From Thermoplasmata archaeon (GTDB lineage Archaea; Thermoplasmatota; SW-10-69-26; JACQPN01; JAJPHT01): a stretch of 32,606 nucleotides of DNA. The translations under genes and the position numbers were made by a program. Positions 18,763 to 25,853 of this stretch are shown here, in pieces; the first letter of the stretch is position 1; each line of letters opens with the position of its first letter. The stretch covers positions 1 through 32,606 of the forward strand of contig JAXDQU010000056.1 in the NCBI GenBank assembly GCA_034667685.1, in the 5' to 3' direction. The notes beneath the pieces are model-generated. The model was not told the DNA's origin. It was given only the letters and a program-made list of their open reading frames with translations, and did not search any database.

Positions 18763-21219
18763 TCAAGGGGACCGCCTCCGCCGCGCGAGGGCGAGGACGA
18801 GGATGAGGGCGAGGGAAAGGGGGACCTGGGGTCCGGGCACGCCGTGCGCGGGCGTGCTGGGCGTGGGCGTGGGCGGCGCGACCGCCTGCGCGAAGAGCGT
18901 GATGTTGTCCTCCGCGACCGTCTCGTTGGGCGCCTCGGGCACGGTGCGCGCGCGCAGCAGGATCGCCGCGTGGTCGGCGGGCGTGACGCCGCCGGGCGCG
19001 CGGACGGTGACCTGGAGCGTGCGGCTCTGGCCGGGCTCAAGGCGGAACGCGTCGTGGAGGAAGTCCACGGCCCACACGAAGCCGTTGGTGGCGGTCTGGT
19101 CGGCCAGGACGAGGTAGGGGCGCGAGATGGACCCGTTGTTGGTGATGGTCACGTTGAACACTGCCGCCTGCGACGGTGCGACGTATTTGACGGAACCGGC
19201 AGCCGTCACGTGGACGCCCAGGTGCGGATTGACGCGGAAGTGCAGGACGACGGTGTCGCTGACGTTGGGCCCCTCCAGGTTGAACGTCACCGTGTCGGAG
19301 GTGCCGTTCGGCGTGCTCGGCGGAGGCGTCACGACGACGCGGATGGGCGTGATGGAGCCCTGCGGCAGGCGGAAGCTCGTCTGGTCGACCGAGAGCCCCC
19401 ACCCCGCGCTGCCGCTGACGGTCTGCGTGTAGCGCAGGCCGACCGCCGCGTCCGAGGTGCCGTTGTTGACGACGGTGATGACCGCGTCGGTGGGCTGGCC
19501 GGGCGTGACCAGGTACTCGGTCTGGTTGACCGCGAACGTGACGTTGGCCACGCCCTCGAAGGAGACGGAGAGCGTCGCGGCGTCCGAGCCCGAGAGGCCG
19601 GTCGCCACGAGGCTCACGCCGTGCGTGCCGGTGAACTGGGGCGTGGAGGAGAGCGTGACGTTGACGTGCCGCGGCGTCCCGGGCGAGACGGTGACCACGG
19701 GCGCGTCGATCGACGCGGTGAGGAACGGATCGGGCGAGACCGAGAGCGAGACGGTCTCCGGCGCCGAGCCGTTGGCCTCCACGACCATGTCGAAGACTGT
19801 GCTGGCGCCGGCGCGCAGCGGGCGCACGGGGCCGGTCTTGCCGCCCGTGGGGTGGTGGAGCAGGAAGCCGCGCGCGAGCGTCGTCGACCAGACGGTGTGC
19901 CCCTCGCGGTAGGCCATCCGGGTGCCCGCGTCGTTGAGGCGCGCGTCCTCGATCGGCCCCGTGAACGAGCTGGCGGGCAGGACCCAGATGGGGCCCGCCG
20001 CGTCGGGACCGTAGGCGTACGCGCCGTCCGCGCTGGAGTTGGTGACGCTGGCGACGAGGATGGCGCCCGTGCCGTTGTAGCTGAGCGACTGGACGCGGCC
20101 CGGCGCGCTGGCGGACCACGCGGGGGCGGGCGCGCCCGTGGCGCCCAGCGCGAAGGTGTCGAGCTTGCCGCCCGCGACGAGCGCGAGACGCGAGCCGTCG
20201 GTGGAGATCGCGAGCTGCGAGACGTTGTCGCTCCCCGCGCCGGCCTGGTAGGCGCCCTGGTACGTGGCGGTGGCGCCGTCGAGGACGACGAGGCGGCCGG
20301 TGGTGGTCCCGAGCGCGACGAGGCGGCCGTCGGGCGTCGCGGCCATCGTGGCCAGGCGCGTGCCGTTGGCGGGCTCGACGTACCGCGCGCCGAAGGGCTG
20401 GCCGTCGCGGTACGAGACGAGCGCGAGGCCGGCGCTGGTGCGGTTGCCCGGCAGCGCGAAGTCGCCGCCCACGAGGAGCCGGCTCATCGCGCCATCGGCC
20501 GCGAGCGCGCCGGGCGCTCCCGCGAACGTGGTGGAGAAGACGTGCGTGGCCGTGCCGGCCGCGTAGCCGTACGCCTCCAGGGTGAAGTTGCCGTTGCCCG
20601 CGTCGACGAGCACCGCGACGCGCGAGCCGTCGTCCGAGATGGCGAGGCCCGTGGCGGCGACGCCGGGGATCTCCAGCGCGGCGCTCTGGATCGGGCCGGC
20701 GGAGAAGTTGCCGCCCAGGGGCGCCTCGTCCACGTAGAGCTTCAGCGTGCGCGGCTCCTGCGGGTTCGGCGTGGGCGGCTGCGGGTTCATCGGATCGGGC
20801 GTGGAGGGCGCGCTCGTCTGCGTCGTGCGGTCGAGGCCCACGCTCGCGACGGAGTGCCCGTCGGGCGTGACCGCGACGAGCGTGCGGCCCAGGGGCTGCG
20901 TGTTGCCCTGCACGGCGAGGTTGCCCGTGCCGTTGTGGACCCAGCCCACGTCGCTCTGCAGGATCGAGAGGTCGGGGACCGTCGTGGGCGGCTGCGTCGG
21001 GTTCGTCGGCGGACAGACCAGCGTGCAGCCGGTGGAGACGAACGAGTAGGCGTCGAGCGCGACCGCGATCGTCGTGCCCTGGCGCGCGAAGGCGAGCGCG
21101 TGCGTCTGCGCGAGCGCGTTGTATGGGGTCCACGGCTCCGCCTGCGGCGCGTCGGCGCGCGCGAGCGGCGCGAAGGGCAGCAGCAGGAGCAGCGCGAGCG
21201 CGAGCGGCGCGACCTTCAT
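18763..21219 (-). CDS. Surface glycoprotein: beta-propeller plus Ig-like repeats, PGF-CTERM-like tail
   Basis: ATG at 21219 overlaps the upstream TGA (ATGA). Signal MKVAPLALALLLLLPFAPLARA. Blade motifs such as LAISDDGSRVAV, ATPDGRLVAL and LAISTDGSRLAL. Ends VPGP-hydrophobic-RRRR. Confidence 0.85.
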   Translation of the reverse strand: MKVAPLALALLLLLPFAPLARADAPQAEPWTPYNALAQTHALAFARQGTTIAVALDAYSFVSTGCTLVCPPTNPTQPPTTVPDLSILQSDVGWVHNGTGNLAVQGNTQPLGRTLVAVTPDGHSVASVGLDRTTQTSAPSTPDPMNPQPPTPNPQEPRTLKLYVDEAPLGGNFSAGPIQSAALEIPGVAATGLAISDDGSRVAVLVDAGNGNFTLEAYGYAAGTATHVFSTTFAGAPGALAADGAMSRLLVGGDFALPGNRTSAGLALVSYRDGQPFGARYVEPANGTRLATMAATPDGRLVALGTTTGRLVVLDGATATYQGAYQAGAGSDNVSQLAISTDGSRLALVAGGKLDTFALGATGAPAPAWSASAPGRVQSLSYNGTGAILVASVTNSSADGAYAYGPDAAGPIWVLPASSFTGPIEDARLNDAGTRMAYREGHTVWSTTLARGFLLHHPTGGKTGPVRPLRAGASTVFDMVVEANGSAPETVSLSVSPDPFLTASIDAPVVTVSPGTPRHVNVTLSSTPQFTGTHGVSLVATGLSGSDAATLSVSFEGVANVTFAVNQTEYLVTPGQPTDAVITVVNNGTSDAAVGLRYTQTVSGSAGWGLSVDQTSFRLPQGSITPIRVVVTPPPSTPNGTSDTVTFNLEGPNVSDTVVLHFRVNPHLGVHVTAAGSVKYVAPSQAAVFNVTITNNGSISRPYLVLADQTATNGFVWAVDFLHDAFRLEPGQSRTLQVTVRAPGGVTPADHAAILLRARTVPEAPNETVAEDNITLFAQAVAPPTPTPSTPAHGVPGPQVPLSLALILVLALARRRRSP

Positions 21220-23699
21220 CCGCGGCGACCTCCGAGGCGGCGCGCCACCGCGGCGAGCGCCACCATCCCCACGACCAGGAGCGGCGAGGGGCCGGGCAGG
21301 AAGTTGCCCTTGGCGCTGGGCGTCGTGACCGCGGGCTTCGCCGAGAGCGCGATGACGAAGCTCGACTGCGCCCCGGCTGGATCGCCCGTCGAGGTGGCGG
21401 TGAGCGTGATCGTCGCGTCGCGCGACTGCGTGGCGAGGTTCTTCACCGTGAACGCCACGGGCCGGATCTGGCCGATGGGAACGCTGACCTGCTGCACCGA
21501 GAGCACGACGCGCCAGTCGGTGTTGTTGGCGACGCTGGGCGCGATGCTGTAGCTGAGGTTGTAGACGTCCTCGGTGTTGCCCGTGTTGTGGACGTTGAGC
21601 ACCAGCGCGCGCTCCTCGCCCGGATAGAGCTGGAGGCTGCTGTTGGTCGCGTTGAGCTCGGAGCCGAAGAGCGCATCGACGTACGCGGTGAAGCTCTTCG
21701 ACGCGACCGCCGACTCGCCCTCCTTCGCGTAGACGGTGAGGACGTTCCGGTCGCCGCTCACGGCGTCCTTGGGCGCCGTCACGACGAGGTCGACGTTGAC
21801 CGTGGCGCCCGCCGGGACGTGGATCTGGTTGCCCGGACGGAACGACTGGGGCCAGCTCGACCCGCGCGTGAGCGTCTGCGTCACGCTGAGGTTCACGATG
21901 CCCTCCGCGTTGCCGTTGTTGGTGATCGCCAGCGGGATGTCGTCCTCCGCGCCCTGCTTGAGAAGACGCTTCTCGTCGGGACCGCCCACCGAGAGCGCGA
22001 TCGTCCGCGCCAGCGTGAGGTTGATCGACGGGCACGCCACCGTGTCCGAGGACACGCCGCCGCACGAGACGGGCTTCACGTTCGCGTTCGCGTTGGCCGC
22101 GTGCACCTCGATGACGATCGGGTACGCGCCAGGCGCCTGGCCCAGGGGCGCGGTCACCGTCAGGTTCGCCACGCCCGTCTGGTCCGGATCGAGCCGCATC
22201 GGCGGCACGCTGTTGACCGTCCAGGGCGAGGTCGTGCTGGAGAGCGGCTGCTGCACGACGAAGCTGAAGTTGTCCGTCAGGCTGCCCGCATTGCGCACCG
22301 TGAGCTGGAGCGACAAGGGCGCGCCCGGCACGATCGCGCTCCCCGCGGGCGCCAGCAACGTCGCCGCCGCCGACTCGCCCACGTCGAACGCCGCGACGTT
22401 GGTCCGGCCCGCCACCACGACGCGCGTCGCGTCCTGCGTGGGGTGATAGACGCCATCGTACCAGGCGTCCGCCACGCGCACGCTGTGCACCGGAACGCCC
22501 AGGCCCGTCGCCACCGCGTCGATCGTCCAGACCGGATCCAGCCGCCCCGGCGAGAAGCCGAGCACGCTGTTCCCCGCCGCCGCCACGAGCAGACGGCCCG
22601 AGCCGTCATACGAGAGATCCGTGACCGGCGCGCCGGCGTCATAGTCGCCATCGAACTGCGCGATCAGGCTGTTGTGAAGCGCATGGAAGAAGCTGACGCG
22701 CGTCCCGCTCGCCGAAGCGAAGCGCTCGCCATCCTGCGAAAGCGCCACCGCCACCACCGCCGCCTGCCCCGGCGTCTGGCGGCTGAACACCGGCCGCACG
22801 ATGTCGTGCGAGACCGGATCCACGCGCATGTAGTAGGTGTAACCGTTGGTCGCCGCCGCCACCACGTCGCCCGCCGCGCTGAGCGCGACCTCGTTCACCG
22901 GCGACGTGTTGTACGGATGCAGATCATCGCTCGTGGCGGGCGCATCGTCCGAAGGCACCAGCACGTCCACGCCACCGGGCGTCCCGATCGCCACCAGGCC
23001 GCCATCGCGCGCCCACGCCAACGACGTCGCGTACGTCGCGCTCTGCGCCGAGTTGACCAGCGCGTAGTTCCACTTCAGATCGCCCGCGCCGCTGTACATC
23101 GTCAACATGCCCGTGCTCGTCCCCGAGCGCGACGCGAAGAGCGCATGCTGCCCATTGGGCGCGATGCTGGCATTGAGCGCCGTCACCTGGCTCGTCACCG
23201 AGCCCAGGTTGTGCTCCCAGTGCGCCGCCGACTCCGTCGAGACCCAATACGAGACCAGATCGCCCGGACCCGCCACCGCAAAGGCCGACTGCAAGCCACC
23301 CGCCGTCGTGTACGCCGTCCCGCTCACCGACTGCGTCATCGACGTCGACCCGGACGAAGGGCTGAACTGATGGCTCGCCGTCCGACACCCCTGGTTCGAC
23401 TGCCCAAAGTCGCACACGTACACGCTGGGCTGGCTCGAAAGCTGCCCCGGCGTGCTCTGGCACGTCACGCCCGGAATGCAAGTCCCCGAAGGAATCCCCG
23501 AGCCGCTCGCCGCCGGCACGCTCTCCACCGCCAACGCCACCTGGCCCGCCGGATCAAGCGCCAAATCCGAAACCTCCAACGACCCCGTCGCCTGGACCGA
23601 ATCATGGAGCGGAGGCGCAGCACCCTCCGCCCACGGAACCAGAGGCGCGGCAAGAAGAGCCGCCAAAAGCGTGACCAAGATCGCGCGGCCGTGGGGCAT
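21216..23699 (-). CDS. Surface glycoprotein paralogue: beta-propeller plus Ig-like repeats, PGF-CTERM-like tail
   Basis: Signal MPHGRAILVTLLAALLAAPLVPWAEG. Blades LAWARDGGLVA, VALSQDGERFA and LSYDGSGRLLV. Ends LPGP-hydrophobic-RRLGGRRG. Confidence 0.85.
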   Translation of the reverse strand: MPHGRAILVTLLAALLAAPLVPWAEGAAPPLHDSVQATGSLEVSDLALDPAGQVALAVESVPAASGSGIPSGTCIPGVTCQSTPGQLSSQPSVYVCDFGQSNQGCRTASHQFSPSSGSTSMTQSVSGTAYTTAGGLQSAFAVAGPGDLVSYWVSTESAAHWEHNLGSVTSQVTALNASIAPNGQHALFASRSGTSTGMLTMYSGAGDLKWNYALVNSAQSATYATSLAWARDGGLVAIGTPGGVDVLVPSDDAPATSDDLHPYNTSPVNEVALSAAGDVVAAATNGYTYYMRVDPVSHDIVRPVFSRQTPGQAAVVAVALSQDGERFASASGTRVSFFHALHNSLIAQFDGDYDAGAPVTDLSYDGSGRLLVAAAGNSVLGFSPGRLDPVWTIDAVATGLGVPVHSVRVADAWYDGVYHPTQDATRVVVAGRTNVAAFDVGESAAATLLAPAGSAIVPGAPLSLQLTVRNAGSLTDNFSFVVQQPLSSTTSPWTVNSVPPMRLDPDQTGVANLTVTAPLGQAPGAYPIVIEVHAANANANVKPVSCGGVSSDTVACPSINLTLARTIALSVGGPDEKRLLKQGAEDDIPLAITNNGNAEGIVNLSVTQTLTRGSSWPQSFRPGNQIHVPAGATVNVDLVVTAPKDAVSGDRNVLTVYAKEGESAVASKSFTAYVDALFGSELNATNSSLQLYPGEERALVLNVHNTGNTEDVYNLSYSIAPSVANNTDWRVVLSVQQVSVPIGQIRPVAFTVKNLATQSRDATITLTATSTGDPAGAQSSFVIALSAKPAVTTPSAKGNFLPGPSPLLVVGMVALAAVARRLGGRRG

Positions 23700-23760
23700 G
23701 TGGAGGCACTCTCCCGGCGGCAACGGCCGGCGGAATCCGACGCCGCGGATTCGAGTGGCC

Positions 23761-23769
23761 CTATAAAAG
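23761..23769 (-). promoter_or_regulatory. TATA box of the surface-protein operon
   Basis: The minus strand reads cttttatag about 65 nt upstream of the ATG at 23699. This is the clearest TATA in the window. Confidence 0.65.
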
Positions 23770-23806
23770 GCCTCGGAATCGCGCGCCACGCGCACGACCA
23801 CACCCA

Positions 23807-23828
23807 TTTTCCAGGGGAAAACGCGGGG
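23807..23828. promoter_or_regulatory. Palindromic operator or ORB-like motif
   Basis: ttttcc-agg-ggaaaa palindrome at 23807-23821 followed by cgcgggg. Confidence 0.4.
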
Positions 23829-23913
23829 CAACGCCCCCCTCTCCAAACCCTCCGCGAAAGCCCTTCCGGTGACGCGCTGAAAAGACGATGCCCGCTACGT
23901 CGATCCGCGAAAG

Positions 23914-24264
23914 CTAACGACCGCCAAGAGCCGCCTGCAACTCCGTCTGAAGCGCCGTCACACGCTCACGCAGACGCGACTCCTGCCGCTTCGCGCTCTC
24001 CAACCGGACCGTCATCGTCTCCTTCTGGTCCATCAACTCCGCCACCAACGCCTCCCGATCCTGCACCCGCGCCAAGATGCTCCCCACGCTCCGATACAAC
24101 GGAGCCCCCGCCGGCACCTTCGCCAACTCCTCCAACGTCCGCTCCACCTCACGGACCTGAAGCTCCACCTGCTGCCGCTGCGACACCACCACCTGCGCCT
24201 GCTGCTGCAACTCCTGAAGCTGCGCAAGCTGATTCTGGATCTGCGGCGGAAGCTGCCCGGCCAT
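23914..24264 (-). CDS. pfdB: Prefoldin beta subunit
   Basis: MAGQLPPQIQNQLAQLQELQQQ...LYRSVGSIL... coiled coil, 116 aa. Expected position in the superoperon. Confidence 0.93.
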   Translation of the reverse strand: MAGQLPPQIQNQLAQLQELQQQAQVVVSQRQQVELQVREVERTLEELAKVPAGAPLYRSVGSILARVQDREALVAELMDQKETMTVRLESAKRQESRLRERVTALQTELQAALGGR

Positions 24265-24340
24265 CAAACGCGCAAGACGAGGACGGGGGAAGAACGTTGC
24301 GGGCAGGCCGGGCGGCGCGGGGTGGGACGGGGCCGGCAGC

Positions 24341-24448
24341 CATCTGGGCCAGGTGGGCCACGTGACCCACGTGGGCCACCTGGCACACCTGGCCCACGTG
24401 GGCCAGGTGTGCCATGTGGGCCAGATGGCGCAGATGGCCCGCGTGGGT
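24341..24448. repeat. Tandem array of twelve 9-bp units (CANNTG+3 nt) containing a perfect 34-bp palindrome
   Basis: Units: catctgggc caggtgggc cacgtgacc cacgtgggc cacctggca cacctggcc cacgtgggc caggtgtgc catgtgggc cagatggcg cagatggcc cgcgtgggt. The palindrome spans 24381-24414. Confidence 0.95.
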
Positions 24449-24496
24449 GCGCCGATTCCCGGATAACATTCCGTCTCCGAGCCCCACGCCGTCGTC

Positions 24497-24808
24497 ATGC
24501 ATCTTCGTGACGAGACGCGCCGTTCCCTTCGTCGAAGCCGGCAGCGCGAGATGGTGTTCTTGGCGTTGCGGGCGCAGCCGGGGGTGACGGCGGAGGAGTT
24601 GGCGCGGGGGACGCGGGTGCGCGTGTCGCGGGTGCAGGCGATCTTGCATGGGGAGCTTCCGGAGTTTGCGCCGGGGCGTGCGCTGTTGGCGTTGGGGTTG
24701 GCGCGGGCGACGGGGACGCCGTTCGGGCTCGTGTATGAGTTGACGGCGCAGGGGGAGCACGAGGCGGATGCGGTGACGCTGTTGCGGTTGGCGGGTCGGC
24801 CGGTGTGA
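24497..24808 (+). CDS. Winged-helix DNA-binding protein, EarA/DUF1495-like
   Basis: SLRRSRQREMVFLAL...AEELARGT...VQAILHG...LLALGLA...YELTAQG follows the EarA-family pattern (SLRRS-R...E-AR...L-LGLV...Y-LT--G). 103 aa. Confidence 0.7.
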   Translation: MHLRDETRRSLRRSRQREMVFLALRAQPGVTAEELARGTRVRVSRVQAILHGELPEFAPGRALLALGLARATGTPFGLVYELTAQGEHEADAVTLLRLAGRPV

Positions 24809-24810
24809 GC

Positions 24811-25056
24811 TCAGGGGCCGGCGAGGGCGGCGGCCTTGTGGGCGGCGTCGATCCAGCGGAGGTAGGAGTTCAGGGCGGCGCGGAGGGAGGCGGGGTCGTC
24901 GGCTTCGAGGTGGATGCGGATGCCGGTTGGCTCGCGGGTGAGGTCGGCGCGCGTCTTGGGGACTTCGCTGGCGTTGGCTTCGGGGGCGAGGGCGCGGGCG
25001 ATGGCGTCCGCTGGGCCTTCGGGGAGCTCGAAGAAAAGATCGGCCGAATGGTGCAT
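24811..25056 (-). CDS. pcc1: KEOPS complex subunit Pcc1
   Basis: ARALAPE...LEADDPASLRAALNSYLRWI. ATG at 25056, 81 aa. Confidence 0.9.
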   Translation of the reverse strand: MHHSADLFFELPEGPADAIARALAPEANASEVPKTRADLTREPTGIRIHLEADDPASLRAALNSYLRWIDAAHKAAALAGP

Positions 25057-25067
25057 CCGCGCTCGCG

Positions 25068-25205
25068 TCAGCGAGAGTGGACGCGCTTGGCGATGGTGGG
25101 GCGTTCCTTGTAGAACACCTTGGAGCCGCAGTAGGGGCAGCGCATGCCGATGTTGTTGGTGTCGAACTCGACGTTGCGCTTGCACTTGCCGCAGCGGTAG
25201 TCCAT
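25068..25205 (-). CDS. rpoP: DNA-directed RNA polymerase subunit P (Rpo12)
   Basis: Not in the ORF track. Hand translation gives MDYRCGKCKRNVEFDTNNIGMRCPYCGSKVFYKERPTIAKRVHSR* (45 aa, C4 zinc ribbon). Confidence 0.95.
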   Translation of the reverse strand: MDYRCGKCKRNVEFDTNNIGMRCPYCGSKVFYKERPTIAKRVHSR

Positions 25206-25209
25206 GCCT

Positions 25210-25503
25210 TCACTCCTGGGCGGGGGCGGGCATCTTGCCCTCGGAGAGCTCGCGGAGGACGCGCTCGTTGGCGTTGTACGCGGGCGTGTGGGGCAGGTAG
25301 GCGCCGCCGGCGAACTTGTGGCCGCACTTGCGGCATTCCCAGATGCCGGTGTCCGTGCGCTTCACGCGGGGCGCGGCGCAGGCGGGGCAGGTGTGCCACG
25401 CCTTCTGGCGCGCTTCGACCTCGCGGATGCGGCGGCGGATGCTGACGCCGTAGCGGGGGCCGAAGCGACCGACGGACTTGACCTTCTTGGTGCGGAGCGA
25501 CAT
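25210..25503 (-). CDS. rpl37ae: 50S ribosomal protein L37ae (eL43)
   Basis: [12 protein letters not shown]...GIWECRKC...FAGGAY. GGAGG SD upstream. Confidence 0.97.
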   Translation of the reverse strand: MSLRTKKVKSVGRFGPRYGVSIRRRIREVEARQKAWHTCPACAAPRVKRTDTGIWECRKCGHKFAGGAYLPHTPAYNANERVLRELSEGKMPAPAQE

Positions 25504-25570
25504 GGGGTTCCTCCTCCGAGGATGCGGACCCTGGGCGGGTCCGGAACAGGCGTTGGCAAGTCGGCTTCCC

Positions 25571-25583
25571 TACTTAACGATTT
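25571..25583 (-). promoter_or_regulatory. Putative BRE/TATA for rpl37ae-rpoP-pcc1
   Basis: The minus strand reads aaatcgttaagta about 70 nt upstream of rpl37ae. Confidence 0.55.
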
Positions 25584-25613
25584 GGGGGGTCCCAGCCACG
25601 CGCCTGCAAGCTC

Positions 25614-25827
25614 CCGCCAACACGCGAGCGCGCTGCGGAGTCGGGCTCGTCTGTCCGCGTGTTGGCGTGTTCGCGTGTTGGCGGCCCCGTGGAACGAGCC
25701 ACACGAGGATTCCGGGTGCAGGCCCGGGGCCTCAAGGCCAAAGCGTCGAAGCCTCCGAAGACCGCCTCGGACGGGCAGTCGCGCGCAGGCGCCGCGGCGC
25801 TCCCGATGCTCGTCTTCGGAGGCTTCG
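25614..25827. repeat. Two intergenic hairpins
   Basis: 14-bp IR at 25614-25627/25671-25684 with tandem gcgtgtt(g/c) 8-mers. 16-bp IR at 25747-25762/25812-25827. Confidence 0.75.
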
Positions 25828-25853
25828 GCCTTCGGGCTTCGGGTAATCGTGGC

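Noticed and set aside
9392-24365. Long + strand ORFs 9392-12622, 13580-19117, 18844-21552 and 21123-24365
   Set aside because: Antisense or off-frame shadows of copA and the surface-protein genes.
24341-24448. Possible CRISPR array or His-repeat peptide gene
   Set aside because: The units are 9 bp with no unique spacers and no cas genes. The + strand His/Gln-repeat frame has no start codon just upstream of the array.
23914-24498. 194-aa ORF giving prefoldin beta an N-terminal Trp-repeat extension (TWHTWPTW...)
   Set aside because: The repeat is simply the translation of the 9-bp DNA array. A normal pfdB start at 24264 has a promoter-like motif at the expected distance.
25560-25853. Possible tRNA or known ncRNA in the 300-bp intergenic gap
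   Set aside because: No cloverleaf or T-loop signature was found; only short-unit hairpins are visible.
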